64,000 nt of DNA. It comes from Mobula hypostoma. Taxonomy: Eukaryota. The translations under genes were made by a program, and so were the position numbers. The DNA lies in the NCBI RefSeq assembly GCF_963921235.1, contig NC_086108.1, forward strand, positions 73,658,001 through 73,722,000. The letters are read 5' to 3'. This document shows, piece after piece, positions 13,143 to 27,908 of this stretch. Every line of letters begins with the position of its first letter. Position 1 is the stretch's first letter. The notes beneath the pieces are model-generated. The model made no database searches. It saw only the letters and a program-made list of their open reading frames with translations, and was not told the origin of the DNA.

Positions 13143-13971
13143 GCCAGGTTTGGAATGAATGTTTAAGGTGGTGAACTAGGTACCACTCTAGCAGACTGGA
13201 TGGTGTTAAGCATCTGTGTTATTGGTGCTGGTCACACCCAGGAAAGGAGACAAAATGCCTCTGACTTGTGCTTTCTATTTGATGGAGAAACTCTGGGGTG
13301 TTAGGAAATGTGTCATTACCTATAGAGCCCACAACTTCTGACTTCTTGTAATCACATTTCCAAAGTTACTCCATTTGAGTGTCTGGTTAATGGTGAACCC
13401 ACGAATATTTATGGAGGGGATTTGGTGATGATATGACCACTGCATGGATTTGATTATGTGGTTAGACATTCTCTTGTTATTGATGGTCACTGCCTTGCAC
13501 ATTTGAGGTGCAATTGTACTTAGTATTTTTCTGCCAATACCTGAATGTTATCCTGATTATATTACATAAAAGGTATGGACTGCAGTGTTATGTTCTTCAC
13601 TGCTTTATCCAAGTGCTGTTCAATTTGAAGGAGCACTAATTCATCCGAGGACAGTTAGTGATAATTAGGAGGACATTTTCTTGTTCATTTTTGACATGTC
13701 ATCATACTTAACGAGACTGCAGACAATGTGATACTCTCCTGCCCATAAAACTTGATTTTGTCCAACGTTCTTAAAATCATTGACTGTCCAAGTCACCTAA
13801 CATTTGTTTTAACTGAATCCCACTAGTAATGTTACTGAGACACAATCTGATCAGTCCCAAAGGTGATCATTCAAGATAGACATTTCTGTAAACAAGCACT
13901 AACCAATCATTTTCGGACTGAGGTGACAGTTTATTTATTCCCCTCAGTTTAACAGTAGGCGGCTAACTCAC

Positions 13972-14135
13972 ATTTCAGGAGAGCCAATTATCCAGCTCCT
14001 GTCCCGTGTCTTCAGGCCACTAAGCCCATCCAACCTGTCTACCCTGTCCTCCTTCTCTTCACTGAAGCTGCGTTTGGTTGGAGGGGGTGTTTTTTTCTCT
14101 TCGTGAAGTGAAAGCCGTTCCATGCTACTGTAAAC
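13972..14135 (-). CDS. MAST2: MAST2 exon (VYSSMERLSLHEEKKTPPPTKRSFSEEKED...RDRSWIIGSPE)
   Basis: ttttag|GTT acceptor, AT|gtgagt donor, 164 nt. Confidence 0.95.
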
Positions 14136-14609
14136 CTAAAAGATCAGGAATTTTATCAGTCATTGCACCTCTGAGAACAAAGGACATTAGTTTTAAATTA
14201 AATTTTGCAGGACCTCAAAATAAAGCTTTAAGACAAGCACCATCATTCAGTTAAAAATATATCCATCCTATATTTAACAATAACTTAGCCCCAGAAGAGC
14301 AAATTTCTTTATTTCCTTATCATGCACAACTATCTTCCAATTTTCAAGTTAAATATTATGAGTTTACTCTTTCTTACTCAGTGCAACATTCCAGCATGCC
14401 CACACCCCTCACTGATACCATATGGAGACAGAGGGACACAGGGATATTTTTGGCCTGAAGAGTTGTGGCCCACCAGTAATAAAGCTGAGAAGTAGCAATA
14501 GTGAGAGGAACCATTACTCCCAAAATCCCCAAAAACTCTGATGACCAGCAAAATACCCCACTTTGCCTGACTGTCGAATACTCGAATGTTCTTGACAATG
14601 AAGCATTTA

Positions 14610-14674
14610 TAGTACTGTGCAAATGTTTTAGGCATATGTATTGCAAGGGTGTCTAAGACTTTTGCACAGTACTG
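14610..14674. mobile_element. tiny palindromic Tc1/mariner-type MITE
   Basis: AGTACTGTGCAAATGTTTTAGGCA...TGTCTAAGACTTTTGCACAGTACT inverted repeat; degenerate second copy at ~18518-18623. Confidence 0.65.
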
Positions 14675-14734
14675 CATATTATGTCTTTCTAGTTACCTAA
14701 TAACACTTAATAATACTGAGCTAATACAAAAGTC

Positions 14735-17700
14735 AGGAGACAGGTAGCTGGGTGACTGTCAGGAGAGGGAAGGGGAATGGAGAGGGAAGGGGAATAGAGA
14801 GAAAGAGCAGAGCACCCCTCCGACCGTTCCCATCAACAATAAGTGTACCATTTTGGATACTGTTGGTGGGGACGACCTACCAGGGACAAGTTGCAGTGGT
14901 TGCGTCTCTGGCACCGAGACTGGACCCTCAGCTCAGAAGGGAAGGAGGGAAAAGAGGAGAGCAGTAATGATAGGGGATTCGATAGTTAGGGGGACAGATA
15001 AGAGGCTCTGTGGAAGAAATCGAGAATCCCGGATGGTCTGTTGCCTCCCTGCTGCCAGGGTCCGCGATATCTCAGATTGAGTTCTCAGTATTCTCAAGAG
15101 GGAGGGTGAGCAGCCAGATGTCATGGTCCATGGAGGGACCAATGACGTGGATAGGAAGGAGGAGGAGGTCCTGCAAAGAGAATTTAGGAAAGTTGGTAAA
15201 AAGTTACAGGACAGGACCTCCAGGGTTGCAATCTCAGGATTGCTACCTGTGCCATGTGCTAGTGAGGCTAGAAATAGGAAGATAATGCAGCTGAGGAGTT
15301 GGTGCAGGAGGGAGGGCTTCATGTTTCTGGACAATTGGGCCTTGTTCCAGGGAAGAGGGGACTTGTTTCGATGGGATGGGTTGCACCTGAACTGGAGGGG
15401 GACTAACATCCTTGCGGGGAGGTTTGCTAGTGCTGCACTGGGGGGCGGGGGGGGTTAAACTAGATTTGTAGGGAGAGGGGAACCAGAGTGTTAGAGCAGA
15501 TAGTGAGGTGGAGGAGGATAAAGGTCATGCGAGAACTGCAAGTATAGTGCATGGAGTAAAGCCAGACCTAACATATAAAGAGGCTTTGAGGAAAGAGAAG
15601 CAGAATAAAGGGTGTAAAGGTAGTAAGGTAGAAAGGCTAAAATGCATGTACTTCAATGCAAGAAGCATCAGGAACAAAGGTGATGAACTGAGAGCTTGGA
15701 TACATACATGGAATTATGACATAGTGGCCATTACAGAGACTTGGCTGGCACCAGGGCAGAAATGGATTCTCAATATTTCTGGATTTCAGTGCTTTAAAAG
15801 GGAGAGAGAGGGGGGACAGGGGAGGAGGGGTGGCATTACTGGTCCGGGATACCATTACAGCAACAGAAAGGGTGGGTAATGGAGCAGGATCCTTTTTTGA
15901 GTCAGTATGGGTAGAAGTCAGGAACAGGAAGGGAGCAGTTACTCTATTGGGGGTATTCTATAGGCCCCCTGGTAGCAGCAGAGATACAGAGGAGCAGATT
16001 GAGAGGCAGATTTTGGAAAGGTGCAAAAATAACAGGGTTGTTATCATGGGTGACTTTAACTTCCCTAATATTGATTGGCACCTGATTAGTTCCAAGGGTT
16101 TAGATGGGGCAGAGTAGGATTCCTGTCACAGTACGTTGACAGGCTAACTAGGGGGAATGCCATACTAGATCTAGTATTAGGTAGCGAACCGGGTCAGGTC
16201 ACAGATCTCTCAGTGGGTGAGCATCTGGGGGACAGTGACCACCGCTCCCTGGCCTTTAACATTATCATGGAAAAGGACAGAATCAGAGAGGACAGGAAAA
16301 TTTTTAATTGGGGAAGGGCAAATTATGAGGCTATAAGGCTAGAACTTGCGGGTGTGAATTGGGATGATGTTTTTGCAGGGAAATATACCATGGACATGTG
16401 GTCGATGTTTAGGGATCTCTTGCAGGATGTTAGGGATATATTTGTCCCAGTGAGGAAGATAAAGAAGGATAGGGTGAAGGAACCATGGGTGACAAGTGAG
16501 GTGGAGAATCTAGTCAGATGGAAGAAGGCAGCATACATGAGGTTTAGGAAGCAAGGATCAGATGAGTCTATTGAGGAATATAGGGTAGCAAGAAAAGAGC
16601 TTAAGAAGGAGCTGAGAAGAGCAAGAAGGGGGCATGAGAAGGCCTTGGTGAGTAGGGTAAAGGAAAACCCCAAGGCATTCTTCAATTATGTGAAGAACAA
16701 AAGGATGACAGGAGTGAAGGTAGGACCGATCAGAGATAAAGGTGGGAAGATGTGCCTGGAGGCTGTGGAAGTGAGTGAGGTCCTCAATGAATACTTCTCT
16801 TTGGTATTCACCAATGAGAGGGAACGATGACGGTGAGGACAATATGAGTGAGGTTGATGTTCTGGAGCATGTTGATATTAAGGGAGAGGAGGTGTTGGAG
16901 CTGTTAAAATACATTAGGACGGATAAGTCCCCAGGGCCTGACGGAATATTCCCCAGGCTGCTCCATTAGGCGAGGTAAGAGATTGCTAAGCCTCTGGCTA
17001 GGATCTTTATGTCCTCATTGTCCACGGGAATAGTACTGGAGAATTGGAGGGAGGGGAATGTTGTCCCCTTGTTCAAAAAAGGTAGTAGGGATAGTCCGGG
17101 TAATTATAGACGAGTGAGCCTTATGTCTATGGTGGGAAAGCTGTTGGAAAAGATTCTTAGAGATAGGATCAATGGGCATTTAGAGAATCATGGTCTGATC
17201 AGGGACAGCCAGCATGGCTTTGTGAAGGGCAGATCATGTCTAAAAAGCCTGATAGAGTTCGTTGAGGAGGTGACCAGGCATATAGATGAGGGTAGTGCAG
17301 TGGATGTGATCTGTATGGATTTTAGTAAGGCATTTGACAAGGTTCCACACGGTAGGCTTATTCAGAAAGTCAGAAGGCATGGGATCTAGGGAAGCTTGAC
17401 CAGGTGGATTCAGAATTGGCTTGCCTGCAGAAAGCAGAGGGTTGTGGCGGAGGGAGTACATTCGGATTGGAGGATTGTGACTAGTGGTGTCCCACAAGGA
17501 TCGGTTCTGGGACCTCTACTTTTCGTGATTTTTATTAACAACCTGGATGTGGGGGTAGAAAGGTAGGTTGGCAAGTTTGCAGATGACACAAAGGTTGGTG
17601 GTGTTGTGGATAGTGTAGAGGATTGTCAAAGATTGCAGAGAGACATTGATAGGATGCAGAAGTGGGCTGAGAAGTGGCAGATGGAGTTCAACCCGGAGAA

Positions 17701-18457
17701 GTGTGAGGTGGTACACTTTGGAAGGACAAACTCCAAGGCAAATGGCATGATACTTGGTAGTGTGGAGGAGCAGAGAGATCTCGGGGTACATGTCCACAGA
17801 TCCCTGAAAGTTGCCTCACAGGTAGATAGGGTAGTTAAGAAAGCTTATGAGGTGTTAGCTTTCATAAGTCGAGGGATAGAGTTTAAGAGTCGCGAGGTAA
17901 TGATGCAGCTCTATAAAACTCTGGTTAGGCCACACTTGGAGTACTGTGTCCAGTTCTAGTCGCCTCACTATAGGAAGGATGTGGAAGCATTGGAAAGGGT
18001 ACAGAGGAGATTTACCAGGATGCTGCCTGGTTTAGAGAGTATGCATTATGATCAGAGATTAAGGGAGCTAGGGCTTTACCCTCTGGAGAGAAGGAAGATG
18101 AGGGGAGACATGATAGAGGTATACAAGATATTAAGAGGAATATATAGAGTGGACAGCCAGTGCCTCTTCCCCAGGGCACCACTGCTCAATACAAGAGGAC
18201 ATGGTTTTAAGGTAAGGGGTGGAAAGTTCAAGGGGGATATTAGAGGAAGGTTTTTTACTCAGAGAGTGGCTGGTGCGTGGAATGCACTGCCTGCGTCAGT
18301 GGTGGAGGCAGATACACAAGTGAAATTTAAGACTACTAGACAGGTATATGGAGGAATTTAAGGTGTGGGGTTATATTGGAGGCAAGGGTTAAGGGTCGGC
18401 ACAACATTGTGGGTCGAAGGGCCTGTACTGTGCTGTACTATTCTATGTTCTATGTTC
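14735..18457 (+). mobile_element. near-full-length CR1 LINE (ORF1 SGNH esterase; ORF2 APE endonuclease + RT), inactivated by stops and frameshifts
   Basis: ORF1: IGDSIVRG, VHGGTND, DGLHLN. ORF2: [55 protein letters not shown]. (TTCTATG)n tail. 5' zinc-finger part absent. Confidence 0.95.
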
Positions 18458-19623
18458 AAAGCTAAGTACACATAGTTCTGTTTCCCAATCATCTTCCTAT
18501 TTTAACCAATATATGATACAGTGCAAAAGCCTTTGGCACCCTAGCTATCTATATATCTATCTACATCTACATACATCTATATATATGCGTGTGCCTTAGA
18601 CTGTTCTGTATTGTAGTACTGTACAATCACAGTTCTGTATAAACAATTAATAGTGAAGTAAATGACATAAAAACTTGCCAAGTAACTAAAAGAATCTTTA
18701 AAAAAATGTATAATTTTTTAAAATCCTTTTTTTCCCCTCAAGCCCAACTGCTGCTTCAGTCAAATGGATATTTAATCTAAAGCAGTTTCTGAGCAGTCAA
18801 TCCCCAATGTAAAATCTGGGAATCTCGGCAAATTCCCACTACTGCCTCTAACTGTGGACACTACACTTCTCACAGTAGGAAATTTAAATTTCCAGCATTT
18901 ATTGGCAAGATACAGGATATTGCCTACACATAAATGTACTAACTTACAAAATATAAGATAAAATTATAAAATCCTTATTATTTTTGCTCTGTTAAAAGTG
19001 CTTGCCAATATTTTATTAAGAACATGTTTGTAAACTGAATAAAGTATAGATAAAGTTCATACACAAGTCTCAAATTACTGTTAAAGCAGTTGTCATTTTA
19101 AATACTGACCCGCACTTTTACATGTTTTGTGTGTGCTGGGAATGCTGAGTGTGCTTCGTGATTAATTATAATTTAACCTTCTTGCAAAGAACTTTACAAA
19201 GCACTCTAATCACTCCACTCCATGTTATACTGCAATAGAAGGTCAGTTCTGATCTTTATATAAAATGGAATCCTTCTACCTTTCCAGAGAATAAGGATTT
19301 CACAGCATTTTATTTTTGCAATACTTGACATGGCAATATAAAAGCTGATTCAGTTTCCAACAATTTTCTAAAATAATTATTAAGAGAAGCATATTCTGAC
19401 CTTTTTAGTGAATGCTCCTTTCACCAACTGAATCTCATTGATTTACTTACAAAGAAATGCACTGTACCTTAAAGAGCAATGCCATTGTTGTGCACAGTAA
19501 AATTCACATTCAAATGAAAATCCAACTAATATGTCTTTAACATTGTTAATTAAAATTGTGATGTTGACAAAATTTGATGCTTTTTTACCCCTAAATACTG
19601 AAACAGGATCCTTATTAGATTGA

Positions 19624-21500
19624 CACACACAAACACAGCAGGTCAGGTGGCATCTATGGAAGTGAATAAACAGTCGGCGATTTGGGCTGAGACCTTTCAT
19701 TGGGACTGGAAAGGAAGGGGGGAAAAGGAGGAGGCGCTTAGGAGACAATGATGCCTAACAGTGACTCTTTTGTTTCCATCTTCAGAAACAGCTCTATTTC
19801 TATCTTTAATATTTCTATTTTTTCCTTTCAGGGTTCTTTTGAAGACCCTGACCTGGAGTTACATGCTGACTTCGGTTCTTTACGGGAATGGGACCCCCTC
19901 TCGGGGTCTCACAATTGGCCATTATCCCATATACCAAGGACGTGACCTAGAAGATTAGCTCACCTTTGGAGTTTTGGGATTTCTTGGCTCTGGAGCCGGG
20001 CAGACTCAAGGTCGTGGGAGTACACGGAAGATAAAAAGCAGCAAGCTGGCTGCTGGCTGTGTGCCCAGAGACCCGAGTTCTTTGGGCACAGAGCTCGGAA
20101 AAAGCGATGTAACATACTTTTAACATCGTAAATCAGCCAGTTGTTTGTTATGAGTTGCTCCCCTCTCACTGCGAAACGGAGACACCTCTTTTTCCCTTAT
20201 TAGGGAGAGAGAGAGAGTCTGTAGTATGTCGAATTACCGGGCGAACAAGTAGTCTTTGGGGTACTGCAAGTCTGTGTCTTTATTGATGCTTGCTGCACGC
20301 TTGAGTGCTTGGTGGAGAGTGCTGATGAGGGGGATCGTTGGTTTGCTGCTGCTTATGTGTGGGCGGGGGAGCTGGGGGGGCTTTGGGGTTCCAACATTTA
20401 ACTATCATTCATTCTTTGGGGCACTCCTCTGTTTTCATGGATGCTTGCGAAGAAAAAGCATTTCAGGATATATATTGTATACATTTCTCTGACATTAAAT
20501 GTACCTTTCAAACCCTTTGAAAAGAAGCCAGAACAAGAAGGCGCAGGGGGGGAAGAGGTCAAGCTGGAAGGTGACAGGTGAAGCAGGAAGATGAGGGAGG
20601 GAGGATGAAGTGAGAAGCTGGAGGTGAAAAGTGGAAAAGACAAAGGCAAAGAAGGAATCTGCTGGGAGAGGAGAGTGGACCATGGGAGAGAGAAAAGGAG
20701 AAGAGACACCTGGAAGAGGTGACAGGCAAGTTAAAAGAAGAGGTAAGAGGCCAGAGTTGGAAATGAAAAGGGGGAGGGGAAAATAATTACTGAAAGTTGG
20801 AGAAATTGATGTTCATGTCATCAGGTTGGAGGTTTCCCAAACAGAATATGAGGTGTTGCTTCTCCAACCTGAGAGTGGCCTCATGGTGGCAGAAGAGGAG
20901 GCCCTGGATCGACATGTCGGAATGGGAATGGTGATAGGAACTGAAGCGGTTGCCCACCAGGAAATCCTGCTTTTCGTGGATGAAGCTGACGTGAGCAACA
21001 AAGCAGTCCCCCAATCTATGCTGGGTCTCACCAGGTCACACTGCAAGCACTGGGTAGAGTTGACAACCTCAAAAGATTCACGTGAAGTGTTGCCTCACAT
21101 GGAAGGACTGTTTGGGGCCCTGAATGGAGGTGAGGGAGGAGGTGAATAGGCAGGTGTAGCATTTTGGCCACTTGCAGGGATAAATGTCAGGAAGAAGATT
21201 AGTAGGTAGGACAATGGACAAGGGAATCACGGAGGAAGCCATCTCTGCAAAAGGTGGAGATTGGATGGGTTTTGGGGGTGGGGAGTGGATGGAGGAGTAA
21301 AGATGTGTTTGATGGTAGGGTCCCGTTGAAGATGGCGGAAATTGCAGAGAATTACATGTTGGATGTGGAGACTCATGCTGTGATAGGAGAGGACGAGGGG
21401 AACTCTATCCCTGTTAAGGCAGTGGGAAGACGGGGTGAGCATGAATGGCCAGGAAATGGAGGAGATGTGGGTGAGGGCAGCATCTATGGTGGAGGAGGGG
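19624..21500 (-). mobile_element. Penelope-like element 3' part, interrupted by the 800-bp repeat
   Basis: GIY-YIG C-terminus (LRLEKQHLIFCLGNLQPDDMNINFSNF), RDRVPLVLSYH, terminal repeat. Confidence 0.85.
19728..20522 (+). repeat. unclassified ~800-bp interspersed repeat, copy 2 (nested in a PLE)
   Basis: Collinear with 12311-13142; the PLE sequence resumes after the cctttgaa tail. Confidence 0.8.
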
Positions 21501-21795
21501 CAAACCAAGTTTGTTACACTGAACTTTGGAATTATGTGATTGGAAATGAGTTAAACTGAACTTTTAGGAACAGGCAAATATTTTTAATACTCTGTTTGAT
21601 TAAAACCTCACCACCCTAGTTCTTAGCATATTTCTCAATTTCTCTTCACAAACATATCTCCCTGTCACTTGTCTACAATTTACACGATGTGGTTCAAAAG
21701 TGATCATTAATGAATTACAATACTGAATTACAACAACACTGAAAAAGAGACCTTGCAGTAAACTTCACATTCATTAATTTAGATATTGAAGTTAC

Positions 21796-21905
21796 CTTGC
21801 TGAATCTCGGTGAACACGATGAGAACTGCTTAATTTCTACATGGTCATCATCATTGGTGTCATCTTCTTCATCAGAATCAAGATGGTGGTACCTGTCTGA
21901 TCGGG
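21796..21905 (-). CDS. MAST2: MAST2 exon ([37 protein letters not shown])
   Basis: catag|CC acceptor, AAG|gtaact donor, 110 nt. Confidence 0.95.
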
Positions 21906-23114
21906 CTATGATAAAAAAAAAATGGGAACTAATTCACTGTTAACAAATTGTCATCATTCCACGTATCAGTTCAATTAAAAACTTCGTGAGGGTAACACGA
22001 CACACCACGTATAATTATCAGATATAAGTACTGTTTGAAAGTAATGGACCACATCATATCAGCAACAAAAGGAGATGGTAAAAATGAGTTTCAACCTAAA
22101 AGCTACACATTTAACTGCTTTTAGTGTTTTTTTTTCTTCAGACTGTGTGCATTAGATTTTTGCTTAACCTAAGATACAGATGTCAGTTGTCTAACTGGTG
22201 CATACTAGTTACAATGGGGTGGCAAACTTGAACACTTAAACTCAATGTAGACCAATTTCCAGCAAAAGTTTACATTCTTCTTTTGGTACTGTTTTGTCCT
22301 GCTTGACCTCTATGAGCTGGAAGATTGAAAAGGACCATTTGAGCAGTTATTTCAAATTCAAACCAAAATAATAGGGAGAAAACATCTCTCTGCTTTTTAC
22401 AAAAACAGTGAAATAAGAATTACGCAAGTTGCAGGTTCACAGGTCAATACTACTAATAAAGTTACAGCAATAAACGACAGCAACTGTTGAAACGCCAAGA
22501 CCAATGGATGATATTCCATTTTACATGCAGCACATCCTTAACCTCAACAAATCTTTAACTTCTTCAAAGAAGGGCGTTTGATTTTAGTGCATCTAGTGAG
22601 CATAAATGGCAACAAAAAAAGTGGCTGGAAAAATTACTATTCTTGTCACAAGAAGGTTGTAAAATAATAATCAATCAAAAACATGAATGGGTGATGCTTG
22701 TGAGGTTGAACAAAAATTTTCAGATGCTGGAATCTGGAATGACACACAAAAAGCTGTTGGAAATCAGATCAGGTAGGATCTATGAAGGGGAAGTGCTGTG
22801 TATCCTCGATTAATGCTGCCTGACCTACTGACTTCCTCCATGTTTCCAAGGTTGCTTAATTTCATCTGTGAATGTCAAAACTGCTTCCTCTGATTTCAAT
22901 ATCTTTAATTAACAAGTTACTCCAAGAAACATGTGCACTCAGTAAGTTAAATTATTGGGTAACAATGTTAAAATGTAATCTAGAAATATCAATTATAAAT
23001 TTTGGTTAATATGTGTAATCAGCCAAGAGGAAATGAAACAATAGGAAACAATGAAGGATTTTAGTTAAGATTTTAGCTTTCAACCCAAGCTCCAGGTTTC
23101 TAAGCACTACTTAC

Positions 23115-23237
23115 TATCAAAGTAACTAGTGTCATCTTCCGACTCAAGCTGAGGAATAAATTCTGCCTTCTGACGCAGCAGAGTATTCCAATCCAAATCT
23201 GAGAAGAACCGATGCTGCTTAACTTCATAAGCACTTC
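23115..23237 (-). CDS. MAST2: MAST2 exon, kinase end and AGC C-tail ([41 protein letters not shown])
   Basis: cttag|GA acceptor, A|gtaagt donor, 123 nt. Confidence 0.95.
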
Positions 23238-23720
23238 CTAAGAAGAAAACAGATTTATGCCGATTCAAGTACACCTGTCACAATTCCATATTACACACTT
23301 CACAACCCTATAGCCTCTCTCTCAAGTCGTGACCACGTTTCATTATAATACAAAAAGTTAATATATTGTGGCAAATTTATCTATAATAAGCAAATACACA
23401 CATATCACATATAAACAGTACATAGGCATGCACTCATACTTCAATAAATCTTCAGTCAACAAGTAATAAGATTGCAATATTGAAGGCTAATCATCAACGT
23501 CTTTAGAAAGAAGAGCAGGAATGATAATACCACAAGAGGACTAAGAGGAAGGCAGACAGTGTGAGGCAACTGATATGCACTTAAAAATTCATAGCTTTTG
23601 ACTTCACCTAAGGCTATGATACTCTGTGTTCACATTCAAGAATTTTAAATACTAGTTCATTAGAATTTCACAGGCATTCTTAACAATGACGATATTTCGA
23701 ATGTACATGCTCATCATTAC

Positions 23721-23822
23721 CTGTACCCAGCCGTTCTAATGGATTTTGCCTGAGCAATTTTGAGATGAGGTCTTCAGCATCAGGTGGCAAAGCTTCTTCT
23801 CCATCAGGCCAAGCTATCTGAT
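23721..23822 (-). CDS. MAST2: MAST2 exon (DQIAWPDGEEALPPDAEDLISKLLRQNPLERLGT)
   Basis: cacag|AT acceptor, G|gtaatg donor, 102 nt. Confidence 0.95.
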
Positions 23823-26621
23823 CTGTGCATTGAAGTAAGTAGTTAACAATGCAAGTTTATATGAACATAGTATTATGAACTGCAATATCTAATTTAAAAA
23901 CTGCAACAAATTAAATCAATCAAACCACAAATTCCCCTGGCTTTTAGTTCTCAGAATGATCAGTCCAGTACTTTATCTTATCTTTTGTCCAATAAATATT
24001 TTAAGTGTTATTTGTATATACTGATTAATATCCGTCTAAAAAGATAAAACCAACATGCTTCTGCCACTTTTCTGAGGAAATATTCCAAAATTCCTACATT
24101 GCTGTATGTAGAAAAGATCCTGTGAATGTCATCTGTGTTCTTTTATTCACACTTTGCTTCAGAAGTTGCAATGAATCACAGAATGGGTACAATACAGTAG
24201 ATTGCTATTCAATCTGCTTCTTTGCACCATCAATCTAGTCAGTCCCACTCCCTTACTTGTTCCAAATGATCCTGCAAATTGCTTCTTTTGAAATATCTTT
24301 CCAGATCCATTTTAAATACTGTAATTCAATCTGCTTTAACTGCTGGGCTCTGGCAATACATTCCAGACACTAATCACTTGCTATATAAAAATATTTTTCT
24401 TTGTGTCACTTTTGCCAGTCATCTGCATTCTTTATTGCCTGGTTCTTGACCCCTCTGCCAATGGAAATTATTTCACTTGGTCCTCTCTGTCAGTATATTT
24501 TGTGATTATAGACACCTCTATCAGATTCCCTTTACAACCACCTCTGTATTCAGGAGAATAACTATATAACTAAATTCCCTGATCCCGAGAATAATGCAGC
24601 AAACAGAAAATGCCTGAAACATCAGATCAGGCAGCAGCTGCAGAAAGAGAAACAGAGTTAATGCTCTAGCTCAATGTTCCCTGATCAGAACAGAAAAGTG
24701 CTGATTTTGTGACTGTTTTTCAATCTTATGTTGAGACTTGTTGAGGCCAAAGAGAGAGAGATCAGAGTGGGAGTGGGATGCAGGAGTGACAGGGGAGTTC
24801 CACAATTTCAAGTAACTTGTTTCCTCTATTTATATCAGAACTGGCCAATTCTGCTACAAGGATATTTATCTGTAATATAAATTCAGAATTCTCCTTCCAT
24901 TGACATTGCCTGATTTGTTGGACATTTTCAATATTCTCTTTTGGTATCAGATCTCTAACACAGCTCTGAACTGCATTGTACAGCTTTTTCAAGTCCTTTT
25001 GTTTCTCCTCTCGTTAACTGCCCTCAATGATCTATTCATCAGAAGGCTTCATAAACAGCATTTCACCATGGCAACCCTGGCCTTATCCTATTACTCCTAG
25101 TATTACCTTTGTTCTGCCCATTGCTCCTTTACACGCACTCTGTAGCTTTAGACTATTTTCCTCCTTCTTAGTTCTGTTCAAGAGCCTTTGACTCGAATCA
25201 TCAACACTTATTCCACCGATACAGCCTTGACTGCTGATTTCCACGACCTGCAGTTTTTATATTTTCAGCCGTTTGGTAAATCCCTTCAGCACTCTCTAGA
25301 GATTTTATATTTTTCCTGAAATCTGCTATGAAATGCACCAGCTATGGCTGAATTGGTGTTTTATAAATTGACATTATGATTTCCTTGTTTCCATACTCTA
25401 TTCCTGAATTTAAAAAGCTCACAGTACAATAAGCTATTTAAATAACTTCTTAAATTGCCTTGTTTATATAGCCACTTCTCATTCTTTCTATGAAATGTAA
25501 CGCTTCACATTTCTCAGCAAACATTTTAATGTTATCTGACTAATCAAGGAGGCAGCAGGCATCTCCCTGAAGTCTGTAACTGTTTTTGCTTGGAGTTCTC
25601 AATTCTTACAAAGAAAGGGAGTATCTATGGTTGTGTTGAAAGCATTGAAACAGAGCCTAAATGGCAATATTCTGGAATTATCTGATAACACATTATATTT
25701 TCTTTTTAAATACTGAGGAAATGATCAGCTTACAACATTGAAAATAAAGTTGTAAAGTATAGAAATAAATAAAAGCCAGTTTTTCTTCCAGCATCTGGGA
25801 GAAGTGTTGGAAATTTTTGCTGAACTCAGTCATGATATTTAGTGACAGGTTCATGCAAGATTTCTACTTTATTTACTATAAAAAAACATTTTTCCAACAG
25901 AGCCCAGTTTACGGAGTTACTGTTCCCGACTGCTGACTCTACTGCTCCACTGTGCAGCAGAACTTCATCCATGGATTTAGCCCTGAATTCCATTAGTTGG
26001 CAAAGACCTGTTTAGATCTGCCTTGAAACCTTATAGTATTTAGAGTTACCATTTCACAACCACAATGCTAATACGCTCCGATACTTCCAGAAAACAAAAG
26101 ATGCTGATGCATTTCGCATTTACTTTTGCTACCTTTAATTTCTAAATAGGATTATGTGCATAATTTTCTTATATGGCAGCAAAACTTACACATCTAATTG
26201 TTTCCAAAGGTTTAATCTACTCTCAGCTTCTTGTTTTCAAGACAGGGAACTTTCTTCATGAGAAATTCCCTTAAGCTCTAGAATCACTCTGCTCGGTTCT
26301 TTAAAATAATCTGTTAGAAACTAACCAAATATCGGTAGAGTTAGAGAATATTATTTTCTGAAACTGAGAGTTGTGTGGCTGGAAATTGCACTAATGGTAT
26401 TAGTGACTGTGTGGTAACTGTGCCCAAATTTAGCAATGAATTAGAAATGTGAAGGAAATGGAAATAAATGGATGAAGCGCAGGGTAGGCACATATGAACT
26501 TTGACCAACTGTGTGAAACAAGAGTGATTTAACCCATTTCTAAATTGCAATCCTATATAAACGGTGCTGAATGCTATTTCTAGAACATTGTTTGATGTCC
26601 TGTGTAAAACTCTAATAGCTA

Positions 26622-26915
26622 TTCAAAGTTCAAAGTAAATTTATTATCAAATTTTTATGTTTAAATTTATATGTCACCATATACACTCCTGAGATTTATT
26701 TTCTTGCAGGCATACCCAATAAATCCATAATAGAATAATAACCATAATAGAATCAATGAAAGACCTCACCAACTGGGAGTTCAACCAATATGCAAAAGAC
26801 AACAAACTGTGCAAACACAAATAATAATAACAATAATAATAATAAATAAGCAAGAAATATTGAGAACATGAGATGAAGAGTCCTTGAAAATGAGTCCTTA
26901 GGTTGTGGGAGCATT
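26622..26915 (-). repeat. 3' end of an interspersed repeat (tail ttcaaag on + strand); related copies near 56545-56700 and 57375-58000
   Basis: Shared aaatttattatcaaa...gtcaccatata...tgagatt(c/t)attttcttgcagg block. Confidence 0.65.
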
Positions 26916-27650
26916 ATTATAATACACAGCAGAAATCGCTAGACATATAGCCCTGAAGGAAATATAAACGACTGGCCTTTGAGAACTTTCCTAACTTTCA
27001 TGTCTTAAGCCTTCCCTCTCTTTCTGTGGGATACATATAAAAGTCTCCGTCCCTCAACTCTTCTTTTCATACTCAAAAAAATTGCTCTTGTAGCCTTAAG
27101 GACAGAATTTGGAATTGAATTATCTCAGCTAACCAGCCCTTCATGTTTTGTGTCAGAACTGACCAGATCTGATGTAAGTTTATCTACCTGTAATAATAAC
27201 TTAGTTTTTGCTCTCCAAAGAAGCTGTCTAATCTGCTAAGCATTCTCTTGTGTTTCAGAATTCAGGCAACAATACAGCTTCTGCACCGCAGTTTCAGCAT
27301 ATTTTTGCACTAAATGTCCTTACTCATCTGGTGGAAACATCGTATAACATGGACGGGTCTTGGTCTTGACAAACATTCACTTTGTCCTCTGGACACCACA
27401 CATGCTTTGCAACTTGAAATCCACTTATTTTTTTTCATTTTCTGATGGAGAGTCGTTGACCTGAAATGTCAGTTGTATTTCTCTCTCCATTTATGCTGCA
27501 TGACTTGCTGAATATTTCCTGCACATACTTTTTAATTTTAGAAAGAGTAGGATCTCTCTAGAATGATAATGCGCAATAGAAAGGGATGCTGAAGTCTACT
27601 TTAGTATTAATATCCTGGATAAAGGAAGCAGTTCAACATTATAGGATTTA

Positions 27651-27908
<258 letters not shown>

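Noticed and set aside
14715..18480. Possible TSD for the large CR1 (agctaatacaaaagt / agctaagtacacatagt)
   Set aside because: Too many mismatches and indels to call.
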